DNA of 64,000 bases from Methanoregula sp. (lineage in GTDB: Archaea > Halobacteriota > Methanomicrobia > Methanomicrobiales > Methanospirillaceae): contig JAJRBZ010000069.1 in the NCBI GenBank assembly GCA_028679185.1, forward strand, positions 30,059-94,058. Reading direction: 5' to 3'. The position numbers and the translations under genes were made by a program. The notes below the pieces were generated by a model. The model saw nothing but the letters and a program-made list of their open reading frames with translations, was not told the origin of the DNA and did no database searches. Positions 8,694 through 18,694 of the stretch are shown here, one piece after another; within the stretch, counting starts at the first letter, position 1; the number at the start of each line of letters is the position of its first letter.

Positions 8694-9287
8694 ATGGGGA
8701 AAAAAGTCATTGGAATTCTCGGGAGTCCCCTGACTGATGGGAATACCGCGCAGCTGTTTGAGCAGGCACTCAAAGGGGCAAAAGATGCGGGGTGTGAGGT
8801 TGAGAAAATTGTTATTGTCAATCTCGATTTTCAGGCATGCCAGGAGATGATGTTCTGCAAGGAGCATGAAACCTGTATCCTGGATGATGATATGCAGGCG
8901 TTATACCCGAAACTCAGGGAAACGGATGGTATTATCATCGCAACACCAGTCATGACCATGGGGATTCCGGGAAAACTCAAATCATTTATTGATCGGTTCC
9001 AGGTCTTTTTTATGGCAAAGTACGTGCGTAAAAAATCACTTGTATCAGACGAAAAGAAAAAAGGGCGAAAAGGTCTTTTTATCTGCATTTCCGGTATGAA
9101 TATTCCCGAAGTATTTGTCGGTGTGAAGTTGACAATAAAGGCATTTTTTGATATCATCGACTGCCAGTATAGTGATGAGCTCCTGATCAGCGACATGGAC
9201 CACATTCTTGATATACGTTCTCAACCGGTCCTGCTGGAAACTGCATATAAAAAGGGATTTGCATTAGGAAAGTCCCTCGGCTCCTGA
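8694..9287 (+). CDS. Iron-sulfur flavoprotein family protein with variant cluster motif
   Basis: GILGSPLTDGNT; CQEMMFCKEHETC; ATPV; similar to the two divergent paralogs. Confidence 0.85.
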   Translation: MGKKVIGILGSPLTDGNTAQLFEQALKGAKDAGCEVEKIVIVNLDFQACQEMMFCKEHETCILDDDMQALYPKLRETDGIIIATPVMTMGIPGKLKSFIDRFQVFFMAKYVRKKSLVSDEKKKGRKGLFICISGMNIPEVFVGVKLTIKAFFDIIDCQYSDELLISDMDHILDIRSQPVLLETAYKKGFALGKSLGS

Positions 9288-9358
9288 TAAAAAAACCATC
9301 ATTTTTCTCATTTTTTTAAGATATGAAAATGAAAGAATGAAAAATGAGTGTTTTTAAT

Positions 9359-9955
9359 TTATTTTTTTCTAATCATGGTAATGATCATGCCCATGATAAG
9401 TATCGAAAGCACGATTCCTGTGATCAGGTAAATGGTTGGGCCGTCAATTCGCAGATGAGGAACCAGACCACCTCCCGGATCTTCAGGGTAGGTTGTCTGA
9501 AAATTTGTTATGGCCTGCGACATATTCACTTCCTTTAACAAAATGCCGGTCTCTTTGTCCCTCACCTCAAATGTCATCTGGTTTTCGTAATATGGAAGAA
9601 TCAGTGTCATTTCAGCAGTATCGGAAGAGACAAGATATCCGGATAAATACGCGGAAGAATTATTGTCATTTTCAAGGAAATCTCCCAGCTGATACCGGGG
9701 GTCCCACATGTCAAATTCCCGGATTGCCGAACCATCGGATGATTTTATAGTTCCCCTCAAATCCCCGGACCGGGATTCGATATTCGGGGCATGACCGTAT
9801 CGCATCTCAACTGATTTTTCCGAAATACCGCTTTCATTGATAGTCAGGTGCATAATTATAATCTTGGAATAATCGGCAGGTTCAGCCGCAGTCACAAAAC
9901 CGGTGCCCTGCAGGAGCACCAGCAGGATAAGAACTGCAATTATGAAACGCTTCAT
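9359..9955 (-). CDS. Hypothetical exported protein with signal peptide and C-terminal membrane anchor
   Basis: MKRFIIAVLILLVLL signal-like start overlapping the upstream stop (ATGA); C-terminal TM helix followed by RKK. Confidence 0.75.
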   Translation of the reverse strand: MKRFIIAVLILLVLLQGTGFVTAAEPADYSKIIIMHLTINESGISEKSVEMRYGHAPNIESRSGDLRGTIKSSDGSAIREFDMWDPRYQLGDFLENDNNSSAYLSGYLVSSDTAEMTLILPYYENQMTFEVRDKETGILLKEVNMSQAITNFQTTYPEDPGGGLVPHLRIDGPTIYLITGIVLSILIMGMIITMIRKK

Positions 9956-12276
9956 GTCTCCCACCTGTTGATTGTATCAAAAATATACCGGATCCGTGTG
10001 GTGGAAGCATTGCCAAATCTGCCGGAATATGCCCCACTGCCCATGATATCGGGATCAGTATCTGCTTTCCAGAAATTCTTAACACACGGATTTTTCGATC
10101 TGCTACCGGCAGGTTTTAAAATCTGCCTGCATGCTGATGTATCCCAGTGCTCATTTTCAGCATTTTTTATGCATGACTCCTCAGTACCCCAGACATTGGG
10201 AAAAGGAGAGTTTTCCACGTAATAGGTTTCCCCGCAATAGGTGTCGATCAACCCAAAGACTACATGGCCGCTCTCGTGCAGAAAAATCATGGAAGCATCT
10301 GCCGGCGCTTTCAGCCAGGACCCCGATCCCGGTCCAAGGCCATTTGCACACCCGTTGGGTTCGCAGGGGCTTCCGGTATAGATTCCTTCGTATGAAGGGT
10401 ATATGATAATTGCCACGTCAGTGAATGGTGCATTGTCCCAGAATTCATCGGGCAGCTTTCCTGCACACCTGTCAAAAGCATCTGCGAAGTTTTCCTTATC
10501 CCAGTAATAGTAAAAATTAAAGCGTTGCCGGAAATCATCAGGCAACCCCACAAATCCTGAAGTCAGAACGTCCATCTTAAAAAAAATGTTGTAGATTATA
10601 CTGTTTACATCGGTGACAAACCTTTGTTCATTACCCGTGTATATGTTAATCGGAATTTTTGTTTCGGAATTACAGTCATATGTGGTTCTGGAAGCCACAA
10701 AAACGATGTCAATTTTTTCATCTGTCGATCCGTGAATCTGGAGTGGGATTAGTTTTGACCGGTTGAGAAGGACAGAAACCTGCTTCTTTTCAGTCAAATC
10801 GACTGACTTTGTTACTTCCTGATAGCCTGTTTTTGCGACCCGGACAGAATGGGATCCCCTCCCGATCCCGGTAAGGATCCGCCCCCCCTCCTGTTCTGAA
10901 GTAGTCCCGACAGAACTCCCGTCAAGATACACACGTGCCCCCCCAATAATTTTCCCGTTTATTGTCTCTCTGGCAATTATGGTGAGGTCGAACTGGTTTT
11001 TCTGGGAAGTTCCATTATGTGAAGGGCTTTTAAGTATTTTGATGATAGCGATCTCTTTTTTTTGGAAGGTTTGCGGGTCTGTCAACATGCCGGTTACAAA
11101 ATACCCTCCGGAGGGGGCAAAGGCGATATCCTCTATCTCTATTGGTTGTTTGAGACTGAAAGTTGTATTTTGGGTCTCCGTGCCATTCACATCGATTTCA
11201 TATTCCGTAATTTCTCCTGTTTTTTCCTGTTCAGTCCCCTCATATGAACCCGCGACAATTGTGATGTCATCCGGCGTCTGAACAAGGAGGTTCGCTCTGG
11301 TTTTCCCTGCCCCAAAAAAGGTTTTTTCCCACAGCTTTTTACCTGCATCGTCAGTCATAACCAGAAAAAGATCCTTTCCCCCGTTATTTGTGTCGATAGA
11401 ATCGGCGCTGCTCATGAGGATATACCCGCCATCCCCTTTTTGTATAACGGATATTTTTTCATTCCCCGGTCTGCTTCCATACGTAGCAAACCATTCCTCA
11501 TCGCCAAATCCGGTCATCTTGAGCAGGTAAGCTTCGGCACCTTCAGCCCTCCCATAACTTTCGGTTGTACCACCGACGATATACCCCTCGTCTTCTGTCT
11601 GATTGATGAAATTTGCAGAATCGTTTCTCTCACCTGTAAAAAAACGGGTCCATTGTTCCACTCCTTCTGCATTGGTTTTGATGATATATCCATCCCAGCG
11701 GGACGCTGCGGGAGTATCATTCCTGTACACCGAACTGGCAATAATTAAACCCCCGTCACGCGTTACACGAACAGAATTGCCATTGCAACTTTCACCGTTT
11801 CTGAATACCCGCATCCATGACTTTTTTCCGGATTGATCAAGTTTTAAAAGGAAGATCCCATTTGTGAGACTGGTATTGGAACTTCCGACAACAGCAAATC
11901 CTTTATCCGGAGTTTCGATAACGGAATATCCCTCGTAGGGTGTTCCTGTCTCTCTCCAGTCCCACATCTTTTTACCGTCAGCATCCGTTTTGATGACTAA
12001 GAGAGCAACCATGCCCGATGATGATTTGAAATAGCCGGTGGCTACCGCTCCCCCATCACTTGTGGCAGTGATGGAATGTACTCCGCTTTCGGTTTCCTCA
12101 TCAAATGAATTCACCCATTCGATACTGGGACCTGCATCTGATGGAGTATCCGTGGCCGCAATTGCCGGGCAGATCATAAAAAATGGAAATCCAAAAAGGA
12201 TCTGGACGAAAAACAGTACAATAATGCAGCGGTAAAAAACGGGGAGATTTATCTGTTTTGCATCAAACAGGGTCAT
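9952..12276 (-). CDS. Secreted multidomain protein: beta-propeller repeats + PEGA-like domain + M64-like zinc metallopeptidase domain
   Basis: N-terminal hydrophobic segment; seven TxDGGY-like repeats; ARVYLDG...GYQE; KIDIVFV...FNFYY and HESGHVVFGLIDTY (10264-10278 = HESGH). Confidence 0.75.
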   Translation of the reverse strand: MTLFDAKQINLPVFYRCIIVLFFVQILFGFPFFMICPAIAATDTPSDAGPSIEWVNSFDEETESGVHSITATSDGGAVATGYFKSSSGMVALLVIKTDADGKKMWDWRETGTPYEGYSVIETPDKGFAVVGSSNTSLTNGIFLLKLDQSGKKSWMRVFRNGESCNGNSVRVTRDGGLIIASSVYRNDTPAASRWDGYIIKTNAEGVEQWTRFFTGERNDSANFINQTEDEGYIVGGTTESYGRAEGAEAYLLKMTGFGDEEWFATYGSRPGNEKISVIQKGDGGYILMSSADSIDTNNGGKDLFLVMTDDAGKKLWEKTFFGAGKTRANLLVQTPDDITIVAGSYEGTEQEKTGEITEYEIDVNGTETQNTTFSLKQPIEIEDIAFAPSGGYFVTGMLTDPQTFQKKEIAIIKILKSPSHNGTSQKNQFDLTIIARETINGKIIGGARVYLDGSSVGTTSEQEGGRILTGIGRGSHSVRVAKTGYQEVTKSVDLTEKKQVSVLLNRSKLIPLQIHGSTDEKIDIVFVASRTTYDCNSETKIPINIYTGNEQRFVTDVNSIIYNIFFKMDVLTSGFVGLPDDFRQRFNFYYYWDKENFADAFDRCAGKLPDEFWDNAPFTDVAIIIYPSYEGIYTGSPCEPNGCANGLGPGSGSWLKAPADASMIFLHESGHVVFGLIDTYCGETYYVENSPFPNVWGTEESCIKNAENEHWDTSACRQILKPAGSRSKNPCVKNFWKADTDPDIMGSGAYSGRFGNASTTRIRYIFDTINRWET

Positions 12277-12494
12277 CAGTATTCCTTATACTTCAGACTC
12301 TTAATCCGTGAATATATAATTTCTTTGAATTCATGTATACGTCCCGTTAATGTGTGTGATGAAAAACCAGGTAAAAAATCAGAAGTGGAAGTACCAGACA
12401 CTCCGCGACACAATTAAATTGCGACTGAACAATCCTGATCAGAAAATAAACGTCATGTCCGATCAGGGATATCATTGCATCCGGTGATTTTTTA

Positions 12495-13157
12495 TTACAG
12501 CAATCCTCTTTCCCGCATGCTGAGATGCCCATTTTTCGAAATAATGAGGTGGTCAATAAGCTGGATACCGACCAGCGTTCCGGCATCCCTGAGCTGGGAA
12601 GTGATAGCAATATCCTGACTGCTGGGTTCAAGGGAACCTGACGGATGATTGTGGACGCAGATGATGGACGCTGCACGTTCGGTAATTGCATCTGAAAAGA
12701 CTTCACGCGGATGGACAAGGCTGTGATTGAGCAGACCGATTGTGATAACTCTGTTGCTGAGGACTTCGCCCGCACCATTTAATGAAATACAGACAAAATG
12801 TTCCTGCCGGTTATCTTTCAGGTAAGCAACAAGCGGCAGAACATCTTCCGGGCTTGTCACTCTGCTCCCCGAACAAGCATTGAAATAACGTTTGCCCAGC
12901 TCGAAACATGCGATGATCTGGGATGCTTTTGTGGGGCCGATCCCGTCAATTTTCTGGATATCCTCATATTGCAGATTGTTCCTGTGTTTGTGTATGACTT
13001 TCACAATCTCTTTTGATATTTCGCGCACATCTTTATTTTTAGTCCCTTTTCCGATAATTGCCTCAACCAGTTCATTTTCGGACAGAACTGATACACCTTT
13101 GCAGGCAATTTTTTCCCTGGGTCTGTCCCTGATGGGCACGTCTCTCATCTTTTTCAT
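12495..13157 (-). CDS. radC: RadC (UPF0758) JAB-domain protein
   Basis: RPREK, HhH GIGPTKA, VHPREVF, HNHPSG...PSSQD...DHLII. Confidence 0.93.
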   Translation of the reverse strand: MKKMRDVPIRDRPREKIACKGVSVLSENELVEAIIGKGTKNKDVREISKEIVKVIHKHRNNLQYEDIQKIDGIGPTKASQIIACFELGKRYFNACSGSRVTSPEDVLPLVAYLKDNRQEHFVCISLNGAGEVLSNRVITIGLLNHSLVHPREVFSDAITERAASIICVHNHPSGSLEPSSQDIAITSQLRDAGTLVGIQLIDHLIISKNGHLSMRERGLL

Positions 13158-13310
13158 GGTAAATACCTGGTAACGCTATAACAGAATATGTAAGAATTTT
13201 GTGTGTACTTCTCGCCAAAGGCGGGGAGACCTGTGCAATACTATCCTCAGATTCTACGGGAATTTTAAGGATACGTCTCAATTAACTATTAGCCCAAATT
13301 CCCTCTGTTG

Positions 13311-16300
13311 CTATTGGTATGGTGGTACAGTTGCACTCAAATTTGGTAAAATTCCCCGTAAATTTCCTGCATTTTGAAAGAGATACCGGGGTAGAATGCT
13401 GGCATGGGTTTGTTCGAAAAAATCAAAGGGGGGAGCCTCAAGTTTGATGAATACCCTGCCTCTCCCTCCAACGGCCTTATAATCAGTTTCAGCCATGGCA
13501 TCAGGTGCATCGGGGGAGGTTGCATATACTTTAATCTTGTAGCCCCCCGGAGGGAGGTTCCTCGTATCGAGTTGTGCATAATCCACATACTTAGTCGCGG
13601 CGATGAAATCCGGAGCGTAGGGATAATTATGTGTCAATTCTGCAAATTGTACCCATTGTCCATTGTCAATGGAATAATAGACCTTTTCTGTGATGGTCTT
13701 ATTTCCTGTATAGCTCGTATTCCACATTACCGGCAGGAAAGTCGTGATCTCTCCGGGCTCAGTAATTTTGAGATTATCGAGGGCTATCGTTTTCGCCGTA
13801 ATTTCAGTGATATTAAGTTGGGGTACTACAGTGATGAAAGTCTGAGGGAGGCGAAGAGTCTCTAAGCCACCGTTGAAGGATACTGTTGAATGATTGCCGA
13901 AAATATCAATGAGGCCACTCTGCTTGACTTTCAGCCGGAATGTCGCTTGCCAGATTTGACCCACTTTTACTGTTCCAATAGTGAAGTCCAGTTTATTATC
14001 GGCTGCCCAGTCAGCGGACTGGTCGATGGCTGGAACTGTTGTTGTTCCATTCTGCCAGTTGATCTTTGTCGAATAGGTCGAATGGTATACATAATCGTAT
14101 ACCTGATTACCGGGCATACTTTCACCGGTAATATTAATATTCTCGAAATCCGCTACCATGGAGGTGTTTACACCGGCAGTATCTTTCAGGTCTGAGGCGA
14201 TTTCTGCATAGACTGTTTCCAGATCGGCCTGGGTAGGAGCATGCCGGTAGAATCCTCCTGTTGAATTCGCAAGAGTGATCAGTGCAGCGCGCTCGCTTGT
14301 GGGGATGGTCGTGGCAAAGGATAAAGTATACAACCGAATATTATTGTTCTTTGCATAGATCGACATGTTCTGCTGAGTGAACTGGCCATCAGCACAGTAG
14401 GTTCCATTGGTGGCTCTGTTTTCATACGTCCTTGCTGCCGTCAGGATTCCAGAAGCCGGATCAATCTTTGTCGGTGTTTTTACAACTTTTTTACTAGTGG
14501 AAGAATAACTACCTCCCAGACCAGAATACCAGCGGTAATCTTCATCCTCAAAATCTGTTGCATACGGGGAGAATCCATAATATTTGCTGCTTATCCCAAC
14601 CTCCCGGTTATCTCTTACCCAGGTGTTTAGATCATAGCCCTTTCCTACAGCGAGGGGACTTCCTCCCTGATTCCAGTTCCCATCCGTCATGAGGACGACT
14701 GCCAAGACTGACGTCGGGTTGCCATTCGCAATCAAATGATCGATTGCCTGTTTGAACCCCTGGCGCATTGCAGTAGGCCCGTTATTCGTTGTGATGGCAT
14801 TGATCTTATTGCGAACATCCGAGAATGAAGAGCCTAAAGAAGCATCGGTAGTGACGGTGGACTCCTGATCATAGGAAACGAGACCGATACGGTCGGTGCT
14901 TTCGGACAGTTTATCGATAAATGTATACGCAGCATTTTTCGTTGCCTGCAGCCGCGTAATACCACCGATATTATAATTGGTCATACTGCCCGATTTGTCT
15001 ATGACCATGACCACATCGATTGGAGTGGCCTGCATTGCCCAGCCGTCCCCTTTGAATCTGATAGTAATATCAATAGTCTGGTTTACCCCAACGGTCAGAG
15101 GAGTCACCAATGTTGAAACACTCAGGTAAGGATAATTCTTCCAGGTGACGGGCACGATTTTTTGAGTGCTATTCCAGGTTGCAATCACATTACAATGTCC
15201 TGTTGCCGTTGCATTGTAGCCGGGATTACCTGATAAAGTGAATGCACCTGGTCTGAATTGAACCGCAGCTCTTCCATATACATCGGTTATACCGCTGGAA
15301 CTCAAAAGAACGGGATCTGCTGTCACGTTATATGTCCCGTCATAGGTTATATTGTCAATAGCGAAGGTTACAGATTCGCCTGGCACTGCATTTCCCGAAC
15401 TATCCGCAACAGTTGCGATAATATTTGAAACAGCGGTTGATGGAGGGACATCATTACTTGCCATGGCATCGGGGTTTGCTGTAAGTGATATGATCGCCGC
15501 CCCGGTATTCATAAATTCCACGGTCTGGCTTAAGTTAACCGAGGAATTTACTATGCTTGTTGCAGTGATCTGTATCACGCCAATGGAAGACCGCGGACCA
15601 TACTGAACGGTTATCTGGCCCATATTGTTTGATTCGAACTGGCTCTCCTCACCAGGGACGGATGTGTTCACCCATATCCATTGTCCGTTCGTCGGGTTCC
15701 CGTATTTGTCATACAACGTGTATAATATGGTGAAATAACTTTCCCCGTCTGCTGGAAGGGTCGGAGGAGATCCTGATGGTGAAAAAACCTGATCCATCGA
15801 GAACGGTATCCCGGTGTTGTCGGCATCGATCCATTCAAGTTTATCGGGAATGCTTCCAAATGTATCCATCAGAATATTATTAGGACCGATTTTTGAAGTT
15901 AATTTTACCTTGAGGGAAAGATTTCCGTTCGGATCAAGAGCTCTGGAAATATCATGACCGCCTCCAACAAAATTACAGTCATCCGGTGCAGGACCGTGGA
16001 CGTGGAGGCTGATTATATGGGCACCTGTTCGATTATCGATACGATTTCCCCACCTGTCAGTAATTGATATGTTAAACGGAACTTCAGTTGCGACAGTGCC
16101 GGAGAGCGGATGCACAAAATACGAGTAGTAGGGAGTGTCGTGGTCTATGTTCAGATTGATGGAGCGGGTGACGGTATATCCGTCAGCGATAATCCTGGCC
16201 GTGATATTTACAACTCCGCTCGTTTTGTTTACCGTAAAAGTGCTTTCAGCTACACCTGCATCATCAGTGGTGTCTGTTGACGGAGAGACATTACCATATA

Positions 16301-16532
16301 CCGGATTATTAACAGAGAATAGTACTAATGCATCTTTTACTGGCGCTGAAGCAGGGCCAGGAGCTGATGTCTCATTTAATGCCGTTACGGTAATTTTTAT
16401 CTGATTGATCCCATTCGCTACGACCCATGAATTGCTGGTGACAATCGTCGATGTATCCGGAAGATGTGCAGTAGCTGTTCCAGCCAGTAACAACAAACTG
16501 ATAATTACGAAAATATCCACTTTTACTCTCAT
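13311..16532 (-). CDS. Large secreted Ig-like (invasin-type) + von Willebrand factor A domain protein
   Basis: Signal peptide MRVKVDIFVIISLLLLAGTATA; VANGINQIKITVT Ig-like repeats; MIDAS motif VIDKSGSM...TAM...MTDG. Confidence 0.82.
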   Translation of the reverse strand: MRVKVDIFVIISLLLLAGTATAHLPDTSTIVTSNSWVVANGINQIKITVTALNETSAPGPASAPVKDALVLFSVNNPVYGNVSPSTDTTDDAGVAESTFTVNKTSGVVNITARIIADGYTVTRSINLNIDHDTPYYSYFVHPLSGTVATEVPFNISITDRWGNRIDNRTGAHIISLHVHGPAPDDCNFVGGGHDISRALDPNGNLSLKVKLTSKIGPNNILMDTFGSIPDKLEWIDADNTGIPFSMDQVFSPSGSPPTLPADGESYFTILYTLYDKYGNPTNGQWIWVNTSVPGEESQFESNNMGQITVQYGPRSSIGVIQITATSIVNSSVNLSQTVEFMNTGAAIISLTANPDAMASNDVPPSTAVSNIIATVADSSGNAVPGESVTFAIDNITYDGTYNVTADPVLLSSSGITDVYGRAAVQFRPGAFTLSGNPGYNATATGHCNVIATWNSTQKIVPVTWKNYPYLSVSTLVTPLTVGVNQTIDITIRFKGDGWAMQATPIDVVMVIDKSGSMTNYNIGGITRLQATKNAAYTFIDKLSESTDRIGLVSYDQESTVTTDASLGSSFSDVRNKINAITTNNGPTAMRQGFKQAIDHLIANGNPTSVLAVVLMTDGNWNQGGSPLAVGKGYDLNTWVRDNREVGISSKYYGFSPYATDFEDEDYRWYSGLGGSYSSTSKKVVKTPTKIDPASGILTAARTYENRATNGTYCADGQFTQQNMSIYAKNNNIRLYTLSFATTIPTSERAALITLANSTGGFYRHAPTQADLETVYAEIASDLKDTAGVNTSMVADFENINITGESMPGNQVYDYVYHSTYSTKINWQNGTTTVPAIDQSADWAADNKLDFTIGTVKVGQIWQATFRLKVKQSGLIDIFGNHSTVSFNGGLETLRLPQTFITVVPQLNITEITAKTIALDNLKITEPGEITTFLPVMWNTSYTGNKTITEKVYYSIDNGQWVQFAELTHNYPYAPDFIAATKYVDYAQLDTRNLPPGGYKIKVYATSPDAPDAMAETDYKAVGGRGRVFIKLEAPPFDFFEQTHASILPRYLFQNAGNLRGILPNLSATVPPYQ

Positions 16533-16734
16533 ACCAATAACTCTAGAAGAAGTTATTAATAAATTAAAGTATATAAACATTCTTGTTTAAAAAATCCCCA
16601 ATTTTTGTTTGAATATTAAAATTTCAAATAAATGAAAGGAAAAAACGTGTATGGGTTTCAATTCCCTGACAATTACGGAAATGATTCTGTCTCATGAAGA
16701 ATATTTAAATTGATTCCTTGCTATATTTTTCGCT

Positions 16735-17238
16735 ATGCCAACACATGAGAATGTAATGGAAGCATTTGCCGGTGAATCCCAGGCAAACCGAAAATATCAG
16801 GCTTTTTCTGAAAAAGCTGCAGCTGATGGATTCAACAGCGTTGCCACGTTATACAAAGCAGCTTTTGAAGCGGAGGCAATTCATGCAAAGAAATTCCTCA
16901 AGGTTCTTGCAGTGATCGGATCAACAGAAAAGAATCTCGAAGCAAGCATCGCCGGTGAGACGCATGAATATACCGAGATGTATCCCGATTTCATCAAAAT
17001 TGCCGAATCCGAAAAGAAGACGGATGCTGTCCTTGCATTCACCTATGCGATGAAAGCTGAAGAAGTTCATGCAAAACTCTACAGGAAAGCACTGGAAGCG
17101 GTAAAATCCGGAAAAGATATGGGAAGGGAAAAAATTTTCCTCTGTCCGGTCTGTGGTAATATTGAGGTTGCCAAACCTCCGGAAAAATGTCCGATTTGCG
17201 GAGTTTTTGGAAAACAGTTCCGGGAAATTACCCTGTAA
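16735..17238 (+). CDS. rbr: Rubrerythrin
   Basis: AFAGESQANRKY, EAIHA, GETHEY, EEVHA; C-terminal CPVCG...CPICG rubredoxin domain. Confidence 0.95.
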   Translation: MPTHENVMEAFAGESQANRKYQAFSEKAAADGFNSVATLYKAAFEAEAIHAKKFLKVLAVIGSTEKNLEASIAGETHEYTEMYPDFIKIAESEKKTDAVLAFTYAMKAEEVHAKLYRKALEAVKSGKDMGREKIFLCPVCGNIEVAKPPEKCPICGVFGKQFREITL

Positions 17239-17258
17239 TTTTTTTTTAACCTGTCATA

Positions 17259-18575
17259 TCACGTTTCTTTCTTGAATTTATTATTTTTTATCCTGTTTTT
17301 ACGAAAGTGCAGCCAGATCATGACGACGATGATTGCAATAAGTGTCACCCATGAGGCAGAGTAAATGACAATAATAGGATAATTCAGTATCGTTCGGGGA
17401 GGAATTACCGGGGTTCTGGGGGTAACACTTTCAAACTGGATTGCAACCTGGGCGGGGAACCTTCCTATGCCGTCGAAATATCTGATAAGCACAGATGCAT
17501 TACCCGATGGTATAACACCCTTTACCGGAGCATTGTTGGTGTTCGGGAATGCGATGGAGCGGGTTATCCTCTCTTTTTGATCAGAAAGCTCAATATACCA
17601 GGCATCCGGGTATGAAACTGAATATAAGTCCCGGGCTTTCACAACGAGTGTTGAGCCGGGTGGCAGGGCAACGTCCCAGGTAGCGTTCTCAGTCTGATTG
17701 GGGAAAGAAAGAATCCGCGTAACCACTTCATTTGCACCGAGATTAACCAGACCGGATGTTTCTGCGCAGGAAGACAACGTCCGGTTCCGGATTAAAATCT
17801 CACCGGGAGGTGCGGTCGGCTCCTGAGAGCAACGGAACCTGTCATCCATTGCCTGCCCATAGGTTAATGCAACGGGATAAATCCTAATTTCGTCAAGGCC
17901 GCCATGGAAATACAGCGGGCAGTTTTGATCGGTTCTGTTATAGAATCCCGCGTCAGCACCTGCTGTAACATAATTATTGTACTGATAGTGGATCACACCA
18001 GTTGCATTCAACCGGTTCCGGAGTATACCATCCAGATAGACCTTCAGGCTATGTCCATCATATGTTCCCGTCACCTGGTGCCACTGGTTCAGCTGGATAC
18101 TTTCATGCTGTATGGGTATGGACACATCCCCGAATCTTTCGAGATTTATCGTCCACCAGAGATCCTCACCGTCATCAAATGCCAGCCGGTATCCTCCATC
18201 CTCATATGTTGATAGTAAAACCTGTGGTTTATATGAGTCCGAATAAAACCATAACGAAACAGTAATTTCCGTTACCGGGTGATTCTGTGAGCTGAATGGG
18301 ATTTCAATGTAATTATTAATCCCGTTAAAAAACGCAGCCCGCCCGCAACCACCATTTTCAAACCTTGATACCCCATACATGGTTCCTGTGTTACCATTAC
18401 CTGATGAATCAATTGCATAAATACCGCTGCCCTCATTAAAGTTTAAATACACCCCGGGCTCAGGAACCGGGTATATATTGTCAGTGAAAGCATAAGCTCC
18501 GCTTACGAAACAAAGCAGCACCAGACAAAACAGAGAAAACTTTTTCGCACTCAAAGTTCCAGGCTTGATGCTCAT
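17259..18575 (-). CDS. LamG / concanavalin A-like lectin domain membrane-anchored protein
   Basis: Signal peptide; LNFNEGSG...D.SGNGN, WHQVTGTYDG...LKVYLDG, FHGGLDEIRIY; C-terminal TM helix and basic tail. Confidence 0.85.
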   Translation of the reverse strand: MSIKPGTLSAKKFSLFCLVLLCFVSGAYAFTDNIYPVPEPGVYLNFNEGSGIYAIDSSGNGNTGTMYGVSRFENGGCGRAAFFNGINNYIEIPFSSQNHPVTEITVSLWFYSDSYKPQVLLSTYEDGGYRLAFDDGEDLWWTINLERFGDVSIPIQHESIQLNQWHQVTGTYDGHSLKVYLDGILRNRLNATGVIHYQYNNYVTAGADAGFYNRTDQNCPLYFHGGLDEIRIYPVALTYGQAMDDRFRCSQEPTAPPGEILIRNRTLSSCAETSGLVNLGANEVVTRILSFPNQTENATWDVALPPGSTLVVKARDLYSVSYPDAWYIELSDQKERITRSIAFPNTNNAPVKGVIPSGNASVLIRYFDGIGRFPAQVAIQFESVTPRTPVIPPRTILNYPIIVIYSASWVTLIAIIVVMIWLHFRKNRIKNNKFKKET

Positions 18576-18694
18576 ACTATCGTATCAAAGGTGTATTGGG
18601 GCTTGTCCAAAAAGAAAGTTGCTATGGTTAAGCTAAAAAAAATTCATGTTTTCTCAGGGTCAATATATTTATAAGAATCCACACCCTTTTCGAA

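Noticed and set aside
12350-12487. 45-aa plus-strand ORF between the peptidase and radC
   Set aside because: No RBS, motif or compositional support
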